A DNA stretch of 64,000 nt, taken from Phoronis australis. Lineage: Eukaryota > Animalia > Phoronida. Made by a program: the position numbers and the translations under genes. Positions 38,330-50,872 of the stretch are shown here, in pieces; position 1 is the first letter of the stretch; each line of letters opens with the position of its first letter. The notes beneath the pieces are model-generated. The model was given only the letters and a program-made list of their open reading frames with translations, was not told the DNA's origin and did no database searches. Where the stretch lies: NCBI GenBank assembly GCA_002633005.1, contig NMRA01000002.1, positions 1,767,023 through 1,831,022 of the forward strand. The letters are read 5' to 3'.

Positions 38330-39620
38330 ACGGAAAATCTCGATACGTTCCACTGTCAAGATTCATTGCTGCAATCCAGCTTGATTCGGGCTCACGTATT
38401 GTTTCGTCATACTCCATTTCCTCTGACTGTCGATCGGCTTGATTTCCTTGGAAGAGACCAGCAAATTCAAAAAGGACATCAGAAACGGCAGATTCATACA
38501 GCCATTCGGGAGTAAAGCATCCATCCTGTAGCTTCCATCCGTAGTTGAGAGGATTAAACCGTTTCACGATCGGCCGAACCCGCTTGACCCCAGTGCATGG
38601 TAACATAGTCGGTCCCAAGCTTCAGCAGTGCCTCTCGGCAATGTTCAATTAATCTTCATAACTTTGGACATCGGTTATTCCTGAAATATATAGTGGGAAC
38701 ATCCAATTTATGGGGAAACGTCCTCTCTAATAGCTGACGAACAAGATCATAAAACCTGAAAACCATCTACTGTTCTTTAAAAGGATACTACACACGGATT
38801 TGTGATTTCAGCCAACCTTTCGGTGTGCCTCATACCAAGGCATCTACTTAAATGACAAAAGCAGCATTCAATTAAAAACTCATACTCTCAGTGACACAGA
38901 TTGATTCTTGAAGAGATTTTTAAAATTCTGCTCCAAAGTTTTGAAGGCCATTTGTCAAAGGTTACTGGGCATTATTTTTTCAGAGAACTGTGGGTTGGAA
39001 AGTCGTTTTTAATATCTGTTCATAGATCAAAACCGGGTGATATCCTTTTAAGCATCGGCTGAAACTAGACCTGATTTAGCATTGTGAAAAAATTATTTGA
39101 ACTTATTTTCATTACTTTCAAGAATACATTTATCAACTGTGGTTTGCCAATTACAGCTATTACCTTATTTTTTCCAATCGCTTCAATTTTAGAGGTCTCG
39201 CTTCGTGGACGCCTTTGAACCATCCCTTCTCTCAATGCATGACGTATATGAACACTTTTACCTTTCTACTCAGAAGAGCTAGATAAGTGCTCCACGTGAG
39301 CACTCCGTCAGTATGTCAATAGGCTTCACTCTCTCTTTCTTGTACACTGCTGCTGTGACACCGTCACACTGTGTCATAACGTGTACACCAGGCCGCTACA
39401 GTAAGACCATGTTGCATAGACTCTGAAGTCTGACGAAGAGCGGTGACGTCTGTACATCTGCCGTTACTGCTCGACTCCATTCCATTATTACAAGTTTGAA
39501 ACCTATTTCTCTGTCGCTCTTCATTTGTCTTGCTGATCGATGTGTCAAGGGCGCTGCATTTCTGTTTGAGTGGTGGATTGCAAGGAGCGTGTCGGCTTCT
39601 TTATGGCAGAGATCCGTTTG
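38330..39620 (-). mobile_element. Decayed XPG/FEN1-like nuclease ORF of an Academ(X)-like DNA transposon
   Basis: Minus-strand fragments in family order: HKEADTLL (about 39605-39580), CTDV (about 39455), GVHVMTQCDG..KP (about 39389-39320), PLNYGWKL..F.PEW (about 38552-38500). Confidence 0.55.
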
Positions 39621-39758
39621 GCATTAAGTAAATCCTACGCTAAAAACATTTGCTTGCAAGTGGATGAGAAAGCGTGCACTGTTTACCCCAGAGTATCCAG
39701 CGATGTTCTCGGCAATTCAAAGGCTTGACGCCGTCACGGATCGGAGCATGTACATGTA

Positions 39759-40345
39759 TCGCTGGTTCCTTGCGTGTCCGCTAGGAGGTAGAGAACACGC
39801 AGGTATCATTCAGTAGCACGCGTTTTATCACTGGTTGATGTAAGCTCGGCTGTTAGCTTTACAACAACGAAAGAAAATGTCGTACTGTGAACGATTTTTA
39901 ACCTTGTCATGCAAGTGGCGTAACAGCAACTTTTTCGTTTCTGCAGTAATGTTTAACAGCCGCGTGCTTGAAGCACATACAATACACACACATCTGACCG
40001 ATTTAACCGGTGTGTTATTCATGCTGTGTGAATACAGGAGAGCTACGTAAACAAAAGTCAGCGAGAATAGAAAAATGCACACCGAAAAGGCACAACCACA
40101 ATTTTCCGATTCACATTTTTTTTGAACATTTCCCAATTAAGCACCGACTTGTCTGTACAACAGACCACAAACTGTTTCCACATTTACACTTCCTCCATCT
40201 GTCATGCAAGTTTATTTATGTAAAGCGCTACCTGTTGAAAATTCGACCAGCCAATCAGAAATGCCGGGGTAAAAAATTTCTCGAGGAAAATTAAATGATA
40301 ATCTGCGTGTTCTCTACCCCTAGCGGACACGCAGGGAACCAGCGA
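39759..40345. mobile_element. MITE with about 52-bp TIRs
   Basis: tcgctggttccttgcgtgtccgctagg...tatcatt is inverted at about 40294-40345. Confidence 0.75.
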
Positions 40346-43300
40346 AGGATTGAAGTGAGCTAGTCGCTATTCATGGGCTTTGCTGAACATGCTCATTGGA
40401 TGAGTTCACTGCGGTTGTAAACCAACACGCCTGTTAGCGTACGAGTTTCAAAGCCAATAAACTAACAATAAGTAAGGCAAACAACCATCATGACTACTTA
40501 AAACTGAAAAGTGTATAGTAGCCGTCTTTGAATTTTTAAAATACATGCATGATAAGAGAAATTGGCGAATTGGTTTTCTACAGCATCGCACTTAAGCCAC
40601 AAGCATTAAATTTTTAATGGATTAGGACGGGTTAGTCAGTCTGACTTAGGCGCTAGGGTGACAAAACCCCAAATGTTAGCCTATGAGTTGTCTCATAGAG
40701 AAAACGCGGCAACGAGTCAATTGACCCATTTGGTCTCAAATATATGGGCCAGTTTTTAGGATCCATGGGTCTCCATTGTCTGCCACCCCGTTTAGATTCA
40801 AGTTTTGGGGGTTGCCATTTAAATATGTGTGATTTCGTCTGCTGCTTCAGTATTTTTCGCGATCAATGATTGGTTGAGCGACTAACTGGGTTTCAATATG
40901 ATTAAACAAATAATTCCACAGTTGGGATCTGCATTTTCGCAATTATGTGCTGTACCCCTTATGCCTAAAATTGTTGTTTTGACCAACTGCGCTGCATTAC
41001 AGCTACATTAGATTCTGAATGCAATGCCTAGTATAATTGAAAACAAAATCAGGTGAAATGGCGACAGTTGTAGAGTCTCCTAAACGAGAATTTAAATATC
41101 TCGGTTTTTAAGTTGTATGCAGCGCTCCTATCGGTTCATGTTTTGAGTGGGAATCGTTCGTTTAGGGGTAAATTAAACTTGACAACACGAGGCTTTAAGG
41201 AGTTCATTAATTGCTGCGACGGGAAAATTCACCCCCGCTTACTTAATTCATTCAATGTTGAAGTATTCGATTTCGGTTTGACTCAGCGCGGTTTACCATT
41301 TAGAAAAACTTAGTTTAACTCTAGAAATGTCTTTCTTCAGTTATCACTGTTATGACCCGAGGTTCAACCTCAAGTATTTACACCGCTTTCATAGTTGCAA
41401 CACTTCGACGACTGATAAGAAAGCGTTTACCCTCCCTAAAATCTGGTTAATTCCTCGTTATCTATTGCTTGATCATACTCCCTATGCACAGGGTAAACGC
41501 AATATGGAATGACATTTAGGTAAAGAAATCATCTTCCTTGATGATACTTCCAACAAACTTGGTTTTAGCTCCATTGTGCTCATGTGGGCTCTTAAAGTGG
41601 ACCTACAATGGGCTTTTGCACTTTAAGTTTGAGGTTATAGATCGTGTACGATAATTTTATAACTCAAAGTCTAACCAGACCAACAGTTATTTTTTGAAAT
41701 AATAGAATTTTGAATTTTAAAGAAAAAATATGATTTTTTTGGTTTCCCGCCACGTGATGTCATCCGTGGAAGACGTTGATCAGTTGACAGTATATATTCC
41801 ATGGCGGGTAGTAGTGACTTTTTAAGTTACAAAGACTTGAGCTTGACGAGCATTATGAAGAGAGGTATGGAGATGGGGGTGAAAACGACACTCAGGCCAT
41901 AGGTGAAACAGATTTTGTTTACTTCAATCACTGCCCGTTTTAATACATTGCAACTATTCAAGTCAAGGGTGGTCGACATACTGCGTAACAGTAAACTGAA
42001 AGAGGTTGCCCAGATTTCAACCAATCGGAATGACTGAATGTTATGACGTCGGTTTCATTAATTTAACCAATGACAATCCATGATAAACAACATTTCACAA
42101 TGCTACCTTTCATAGCACTATGAAAGAGTGCACAGTTGCATTCACCTCATCGGGTTGATAAATCCCAATGTGACAACAGGTGGCGATGGTAGCCATTACT
42201 CTATGCAACACGTGCATGGTCCGTTGCTTTCTCTTTGATTACAATGTGCCTTGAGACAGTGAAGTGGTGCGTAGGTTTCGAAAAAACTCGGATTCAAACA
42301 CCTTCCGACAAGCGGCTGCATTGACCCTTTACCGACAAGATATTATATCTCATGCAAAGCTAAACAGAGAGATTGGCATTGACCACATTCTCAATGAAGT
42401 TCTCATAAAGTATTTCAGGCTGCTCCCAAAGTGTGGTTGAAAGTCAGTATTATTCCTTGACTGAAAGGTTCGGATAAGGATCCTCGACTTCCAATAAATT
42501 ATATAGGAATCTGTCTACTTTCTTATGTAGTTAAAAGTGTACTTGATATTACGTCAAACGTGGAAGTGCATGCTTGCTGAGGGTCAAATTGGTTTTCGAA
42601 AGGGCAGACCAGGCATCGACCATGTTTAATGGCATCTATAATCCTATAATCCAAATCTTTATTGCAGCAATAAGCATCAATAATGGCTGAATACACTGTA
42701 AAGTTCAACAAAAATATGCATACTGCAGCTTTGAAACAAGACTCATTCGTATGCCTAAGAAAGTCGTCTCACCAGTCAGATGTTTTAGTGGGACCTCGAC
42801 TGTAAAAAGGCAATTGGTAAAAAACACTAATTTTCACGGAGATTGATTAGATCGAAGCATTTTTTGAAAGGTCAGTAGTTGTCATTTAAATAATGCTAGA
42901 ATTAAACTGGTGGGTCTTTCAGTCTGAATGGAGCAGTTGAAATTTTTAGCACACCCAAGCTAAGAAGTCATAAATTATTTAAAATTAACTATCAAACAGA
43001 ATTTTATTTAACACTGAACATTTCTACATATAAAAGGAGTGTGACTTTTGTACTGCGCATGCGCAGAGAATGAGAAACATTTGTTGTGCCCTCTACATAT
43101 GCGTCATAATAGCGGCATTTGCAGAAATCCTCATAGTTTGTCCCATCTTTGGGAGTGAGGTAGCGTTGTCTTGATGACAACTACCTTTTTGAGTAAACTT
43201 ACTACAAGTGTTACATACGACTCATTTCTCAGGCAAAGAGTTGTTCTGTACTACAGGGGTGGATCCAGTATTTTTAAGGGCGGGTCGGATCAAGGAATGG

Positions 43301-44907
43301 GAGGTACAAGTCAATAATTTGAAAAATCTAGATTTGATATCACTATCACTAAAATCAAGAGAAAAATAAGTGGGGGGTTCGGACCCCTTTGACCCCCCAC
43401 CCCCTTGGATCTGTCTATGTATTATCACTGTTGAATGATAAGCTTGGTCAACTTCGTTTTTCCATGCGAGTATCTTAGTTAATATGTATAGAGGTAGTGA
43501 CTTCTAAGCCCAAGTGTGGATGGGTAGCAACTGCTACGGATCACTTGAAGGGAAATTATTGTGATTATTTTTGGATGAAATAAACTTCTTGAAGGTTTCA
43601 CCATACGCGTATTTGGATTTCAGTGGCTGTTCTGGGGGAATATGACATAGCTTATAGTATTTGCCTAATGTCGGCGAAAGAAAATTTCCCCGCGTTGCTC
43701 TCAGTTCCCTCCGATAGCCGCCATTTTTACCTCAACCGGTCGCCACTAAGCTCCCCCAGTCGCCTCCGATTTCTTCCTCCTTTTATGTATTTTCCCCGTA
43801 TTTTTCCAGTGGATGTTCCGCTCCATGAAATTTTCTTGTTCTAGTTACTGTATTAACACGTTTTGCTTAAAATTTCTTTAAACAATTTATCAACTGCAAT
43901 GAAGCAGAAAGTGTTTTTTTTTCTAATATTTTTGTTGACTTATTCATCTTATATTCCAGCACTGCCCTCCATTTTAACCCACAACCTCAGACATATCGTC
44001 CACTGATAGCGCCCAGACATAAGGGTCAGCACTTAACAGTATGCCAAAAACATCTGCAAACTGTGTTCCCTTTAAAAAGCGACCTACCAAGAAGCAGGCT
44101 GATAACTGTAGACAAATTTAATTGATTGTTATATGCTTTCCATCCAAGAATCATAGCCACGTTAGAATGCATGTCAAGTCCTGCACTAAAATCAACGATG
44201 AGTTTGAAATCACCAGATGGAACATCCGCTCCAAGCTAAAGATGTGTTCATTAGTTTTCGTTCATATTTTCCTTCTCAGGTAGGGTGACCTGAGGGAAAG
44301 CAGTTCATTTTTTTCTACAACAAAACCATCAAACATGAAAGATTTGCAGGTACTGAGCATACTTAAAGCGTCCCTACTGTCTGAAAGCTTGTATCCAAAG
44401 TGCTTTTTTGTTTTTATGCAAAACGTACAAGTTCATTTAAAAGAAGACCATTTCTTCATTGGCAGGTCATCTGGTGATGTTGCTCCTGGATTTCAAGAAA
44501 CATTTGAAAAGCAAATAAGTGCAAATGTGTAAAATTGGTTGTACTCGCAGGGAAACTTGATATTCTGGTTATATCCATGACATTCGTGTTTAAAACCTAA
44601 ATAAAAATTAACTACTATTGTCCAAATTTAGTCAAAGACTGTTTTAGTCAAAAGACCTGTCGTCTACCTTTATCTTCAAGATACCTTTCCGTGATTTAAA
44701 TTTACATTATTTATCTTAAGAATACGCCCCCAATTTTATCGTATCCTGAGTGACAGTGGTTGCATCACCTTATCAAAGTATCCGATATTCGATATGACGG
44801 TGCTTATATTACATTTACAGGCAGAACCCGGCATTGAGATTAAACAGTGCATGTCGGGGTGTTCCGCCGAAATAGCACCAGTGTCGCTGCCAATGGCGGG
44901 GTCAGGG

Positions 44908-45075
44908 CCATCATCGTCGTCGTCATCGTCGCCAATATTATGAGATCATCATCGATCATCATCATCACCGCCATATTCATCGCAATCATCATCATGGTCA
45001 GCATAATCTGTATGACAATCGGCGTCATCATCTCTCGTCATCAATAAAATCGCCCCCGCCATCACCATCATTATT
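44908..45075. repeat. Degenerate (CAT/CGT)n low-complexity tract
   Basis: Directly visible trinucleotide-like runs. Confidence 0.75.
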
Positions 45076-46907
45076 TTCGGGAGAATTTTTGGCATACTAT
45101 CGCTATCAATATTTTCACACCTTGGCGCCGTAATAAAACTTCAACAACATCGCCTCACCTTCCCGCCATATTTATAACCAACTTGACATTTGATCTTTGA
45201 TAATCTAAATCAATGAAATTTGTACCTTAACCAAATAACGCGGGTCACACCATCTCGAACTGCTACTGTTCATTGCGCTTGCACACCTGATGCAAGAATT
45301 ACCTCAATTCATTGTAAGAAAATTCTGCTACGGGTTAATATGCCCGCAGATCCTGAAACATGCGGGTCAGTTAAGAGATGATTATGATATTTAATCATTA
45401 CATTACGACAGTGGGAGCTTCTAAACATTCACCTGTTGTATTCAATTTATTTCAGGGATTCCCACAGCCGAAGAAATATATTGATATAGAATGATATAAA
45501 CAGGTGTTCTCGTGTCTCAAGTGATTGGCCGGTGATTGATTATAGCTGAAAATCATCGATTTTGGCAAAAAGGCTTGGTGATTGTCTTACTGGATAAAGT
45601 ACATGCGGCCGGAAATGAAGAGAAACAGCATATGCCATTCTTGTGTCGGAAAGTGACACAATCGCCAAATATGAAGCACAAATACAATGCGCAGTTGAAT
45701 ACAATTTCAAAAAGTTATTTCAGACAAGTTCATTGGAGATTTTTCACCAAAAATACTTCGATTCTCCAACGTGAATGCGTCTTTTTTGCTTTTACTTTCG
45801 CAAAAATCTGCGAGGCCAGTGACTCCTGCTGTTTATTGAAACATGTGACCTTCAGTTGCCGACCCACTGACAAGGTCACTTTTTGGTTTCAGTCATGATG
45901 TAAATTGATACAGTAGTCAATAATTACTAGTAACTGCAGGCAACTGCATAGATTAGGAGTTATAATTACCAGGCTATAGGGTTTTGAACGCAGAGTTGAC
46001 CATTTAGTAAAGCAAGTTTTGTATAATATGCCGACTGGCTGAGATCATTCGGAAACAAATTAAGATCAGCTAGGTATTCAGTCTGTCAATGAGTCAAAGA
46101 CTGGATACATTGTAAGGGTTTCAAAAACAACTTTAGGTTCACACTTGAAACCAATGAAATGTAAGCGTGAATGTCAATCTATTTTCTGGAAGACGGAAGA
46201 GGAATGCAAACCCACCCGGCTGTCTACCAGAGGAAGCTCGAAATATGTGGAAATGTTCAACTCATCTCGCACCGCAGCCAAGCATTCGATTTCGTTTCCC
46301 GCTGCTCATTCTACTAAATGTTACTCTTTTGAGCTTTTTGTATCTTTGTCTCATATACACTCAAGAGATTTGTTCTTGTTTTTCATGCTGTCACTGCACT
46401 ACACACCGGTCGCGCCGGCCGTTTTCTAAGAACTTAGCAGCGAAGCATAGTGCTCAGTGGCAGCCGCCTCAAGTTCAGTTAACTTCGACTGGGATCGGCG
46501 ATTTATAATAGAAGCACAAAAAAAAACCCGACAAATTTTGTTTTCCTATAGTCCTGGACCAGAGGTCTAGTCTTTGAACTCTAAATTGAATTTTAAATAC
46601 CTTTGCCGTATTCCGTTCTACTTTCGTACGTACTGAAGGTAGATGTTTGTTATTCTGAGCTCACCTACATTATGGCTTGCGTAGATGCCTGTCTAATTTT
46701 AGTTTGTACGTCATAACCCTATAAATTCGAGCCTGAACTCGAAATCTCGAGGTCTATTCGAAATCTCAAAATTTTTACTCAGGTTGTAGTGCCACTCAAG
46801 AAATCGTCAACTACTTGCTCGCGACGGGAAACGCGTGAACCCTCACATTGGCACAGAATAATGGATATTTATCTTGTGCTGGTACAAAACGGAAAATGGT
46901 CAATAAT

Positions 46908-47013
46908 CAGTGGCGGATTTGGGTGGGGCAATGTTAGAGGGCAAAATCCTGTCTAGTACTCTGTCCTGCCACCCCCGCCTCCCCCTTAACTCAAAATCCT
47001 AGATCCGCCCCTG
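46908..47013. mobile_element. hAT-like MITE family cagtggcggat...atccgcccctg
   Basis: TIRs plus degenerate 8-bp TSD tcaataat/aaaataat. Related copies at about 11995-12133, 32521-32674 and 43254-43412. Confidence 0.6.
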
Positions 47014-49480
47014 AAAATAATTTTGGAGTTCAATTTCGGACGCTTATCAAAACTGATAACTTTAAGAACTCGATCCTACCCAAAATGCACTGTCTGTTCT
47101 GACTATAAAACTAGTTATGTCCGTTAACTGTATACGGAGATATCGTCATATCGTGGAAGCGAAGCACAAGGTCGTACGAGGCTTTCATTCACGAGCATCC
47201 TGTGTACCTGACGGACCCGGCCAGGATCGGTGGATCACATGTCCAGACGGCAACAAATCATACGTAATACCCTAGCGTTAGTATTTTTGGGAGTTTCGTA
47301 AAAAACAGAGAATGTACAACTTTCTGAGAACTCACAACAGTACTAATACCGAGGATTACGTAATACGTTTACCCTGTCATACGTGAGTTCATTAGTTGCA
47401 AAAACACATTAAGCACTAAAATTATGGATGTTAATCTAATCTAGTCACATGTGAAATTAACGCGATGCTGCGTTACGTTAATATCAACTCAAAATCCTAT
47501 TACAGAATATAATCGATGAGCACTGTCCGATCATCGATCACGTGAATGTCTCAAGATTCATATCACTATACTTTCGTACTGTACCATGAATACTTATGCA
47601 AGCCCGTGAGGTAACAGGGGAAATCATGCATTTCTTTGTAACACTCAAAACTGCAACCCATGTCCGTTTTTCGGATACAATTTCGGTAGTTAATTTTCTT
47701 GTGTTTCCTGCCAATCATCTCTTGTGAGAAAATGCCACTTTCTTTACATGTATACAAGGCCTTGGCCGTGTTTTCGAACGAGGGCATACTCGAATACAAG
47801 TTCTCGAAGTTGGTGCGAGTTTTTACGGTACTTGTACAACTTGGTGCCACAAGATTGGCATAAGTTCTCGTAACAACAAAGCTGCTTAGATTCTGTGGGA
47901 TATAAATGTTTTTAGTGGAATTGATTGGATAGTTGGCTTCGTTTACATGCCGTACAACTGACGACACGTGTGGCCCAGGGGACAAAGAGCGAACACGATA
48001 ACTTCGTTTGATATACTGTTTAGATGTAACATAAAAAGTGATTCCAATTTGCGAACATTTGTGTTTGTTTGGTTTATGGAATTAGCCTACACTCGTATTA
48101 CTTGGTGTGTGTGAAAACACGGCTCAAGCTTAAAAAAAACACTCCCGTAGTTTTAGGTTATTTCCATGGAAATGAGAAAGAAAATGACAAATCACGAGTC
48201 TGTGACAATACATATAATTCTTCGAGAGCACATTCAGCGTGTTTTAAACACCATAGGGAAGTTTTGATTTTAGATGCTCTATACCATTTAAAATAATCGA
48301 CTTGCGACATTGTTTTTTAAATGGTTTTGCATTTGTACTTCCTCCTGTCGTTTTCGGTAGGCCCGATTTCCGTCTGGCGCAGAGTTGATATGTAGCACCA
48401 CATTATTTATACTAAGGTACCAGGTTTATTTATTTAAGTATCTATGATATTGATACCATGTGCCATTTTTTTCAATGTAAAACCAATGTATGTATGGTAT
48501 ATAATATGTACTTTTTGATATTTGTTTTCCTTACTTGAATTGTATTGTATTGCACATTACGGTGGTACTCGATGAAGTGACTTTTGCTATTGCGGCATAT
48601 GTATCCAACTTGTTTTGCATTGTATTTCACTAATTGTTACTAAACGTATTATTTATCTATCTATCTATATACGCAAACGTAACATAAACCAGGCTCCCTA
48701 ACAGCCTTATGTAAAACAGTTTCGCCGCACCATGACAGAAAATGATTTAACCCTAATTCAGAGTATCGCTCAGTAAAAAGCTTACATTTTTGAGAGGGTT
48801 GGACCGCTCCCTATTAAACTCAGGCGATTCCTCAATTTTTATGGTAAAAACCGTTGCTAACATGTCAAGAAATTTTTTGAGGCCAAATGGATGTTGTTAA
48901 TCAAACTAGTTATTTTCAGTTTAGATTGCTTGTAAACAGAACGTGTCTCTTCACTTGTAGTGGCATTAGGCCACTACAGGATAAGGCACCCTGAGATTTC
49001 CATAAGTCGTCTGTGAGGCTGTATTTCGGAAACGTCCATTTTACTCACGAAAGGGGACCCCAGGGAGGTGGGGGCAGTTTTGGGATGTGTTTGGAAACAG
49101 TGATGCAACTTTTCCGGAAACCTGTGCGGCAGCCTGAAGCGGGATCATTCAGCTATAGTCGTAAAAGGAAGGTTTCACCATGTCGACATTTTGGCTGCTA
49201 GAAGAGAGACATGGCTACGTTTCTGTCGATTCGTGACCAACAAGACACGTTTTGAAGGTTGTCTACTCTAAAATTATGAATTGTTTGACATATCTTGATC
49301 TTGTCCGCATTTTGTATTTACCAGACATGCAAAACGATTCCGAAAGAGCCCTCATGGTGGCTTTTTCGAATCGTCTCAGTCTTCTGAAAAAGTCCCCACA
49401 ATTATTTTTCTCTTGATAGGGACTGTTTCCGTCATACCTGTAACCTTAGACTATTATTAGGTTCATGATGTTTGGCGTAC

Positions 49481-49758
49481 CTGATGTGTCCTAGACTGGC
49501 AACTAGAAGAAATATAGTGAAGCCATGTGCCAGCGCCGCACTAACCACTCCACCAGTGCTGCCGATGGACATGCCGCCAATAAACACAAACATGAGTAGA
49601 CCAAACGCTTCAGCTAAGCATGGTCGGATAACGACAGCAAATATGCCTTCTTCGTCTTCCGAGCCGCTGGCGACTTTCGACATAAACTTGCCTTGGGGCC
49701 GTCTCATGTCAGTGTCGGTGGCGTTTTCCGTTTTTGAAATATCCGTTAACTCTGCCAT
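49481..49758 (-). CDS. AQP8: Second, paralogous aquaporin first coding exon 1b (MAELTDISK...LVASLGHI); likely spliced onto the shared exons 2-5 (268-aa isoform)
   Basis: 43/54 aa identical to exon 1a over TM1-TM2. It ends at the same phase-2 position (ATC AG|GTAC). I found no private NPA-containing exons between 35300 and 49480 by eye. Confidence 0.8.
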
Positions 49759-49924
49759 TCCAGATGTTTTGATTCCTCGTTTTGGAATGCGTCTGGTAAA
49801 TCCTCGAACTGTTTGTGGTCCGTGGTAAATGCAAAGCGCTCTTGCAACAGAAAACGAGCTCAGACGAATCGGACAAGTCCGTGGATCGGCTCTGCGTTCA
49901 CACTGGTCGATTGTTTCAAATGCG

Positions 49925-49959
49925 CTATGAGGCGCTTGCAGGACAGCGCATAATTTATA
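49925..49959 (-). promoter_or_regulatory. TATA box plus Inr-like element for aquaporin exon 1b
   Basis: Minus-strand TATAAA at 49959-49954, with TCATAG (A at 49928) 31 nt downstream of the first T, the canonical spacing; about 170 nt upstream of the ATG. Confidence 0.5.
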
Positions 49960-50203
49960 TGTCTGATTGTAGGTCTGTGTTGTTTTGATACATTCGATAC
50001 TTATACGGAACCTTCCGGGGGCACACACTTAACCGCCACAACTGATACGGCATGCCAGTAAAATTTGGTGTTCCCGATTACGACAGCAACATTGTAGAAT
50101 ACATTGCTTATATTTAAAGCTGTGTTTTGCTCTGTTTAGTCAGTTAAAGGACGAAAATCGAGTTTGTTCTTTTGCTTCCATACAATCGTTCTCGTAGTAT
50201 TCT

Positions 50204-50872
50204 TTAAGGTTATTTAAGAATCGTAATAATCGACCTCAACTCTTAAGTCAAATATCGAAAAAAAACGTTCTATTTCAACCATTAAAAATAATACATTTTC
50301 TGAAAGGAGAAAGACCAACGATTCTAAAAATACTCTTCTTACTATTGCGTCTTTATTGTTGTCACGTGACCACGTTTTTAAGTCAAATTTTCATTTTCAA
50401 GAAAGGTACGTTCATAGCAAAATGACCCCTTCCCGTCGATTTTGCTATTTTTTTTTTTAATGAAAACTTCACGTTATGTCTCAAAGACGCTGTCAGGATT
50501 TTAATATGCCTAGTTTTCGGGTACAAAATTGTCTTGTGTTTTGCAAGTAGATTTGGCATAAAACCTGAACTAAGTGAATAATTAAAAGTCCCTAACACCG
50601 TTTTTGAGACGTGAAGTCAAGTTTTCATTTAAAAAGTTTTAGTAAAATCGGCTGTGGGGGTTATTTTGCTATGAATGTACTTTTCTTGCACATGTAAATT
50701 TGACTTAAAAACGTGGTCACCTGACAATAACGAAGACACAATGAAACATATTTTCAGAATCCTGGCTCTTTCTCCTTTCAGAAAATATGTACTAATAATG
50801 GTTGGCAATGTATATTTTTTCTACATTTGACTTTGATTTGAGGTCGTTTATCAAGGTCCTAGATAACTTTAA
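50204..50872. mobile_element. Foldback-like MITE with about 230-bp imperfect TIRs and TTAA ends
   Basis: 50204-50430 is the imperfect reverse complement of about 50655-50872. Related partial copies lie at about 1560-1765, 6470-6670 and 15310-15500. Confidence 0.75.

Noticed and set aside
43560-44530. Protein-like fragments on the minus strand (possible decayed TE or pseudogene)
   Set aside because: Multiple stops and frameshifts and no motif I can name; it needs a TBLASTX search.
44840-45047. Met/Ile-rich hydrophobic ORFs on both strands
   Set aside because: Translation of a degenerate (CAT)n tract.
45325-45358. Minus-strand 'cag G ATC TGC GGG CAT ATT AAC CCG TAG' (ICGHINP*) resembling an aquaporin exon 2 for exon 1b
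   Set aside because: A stop follows NP immediately and no hydrophobic helix follows. It is most likely chance, at best a tiny decayed remnant.
49759-50028. N-terminal extension of the 198-aa ORF 49432-50028
   Set aside because: It starts at a non-ATG codon and overlaps the predicted TATA box and 5'UTR. The first ATG is at 49758.
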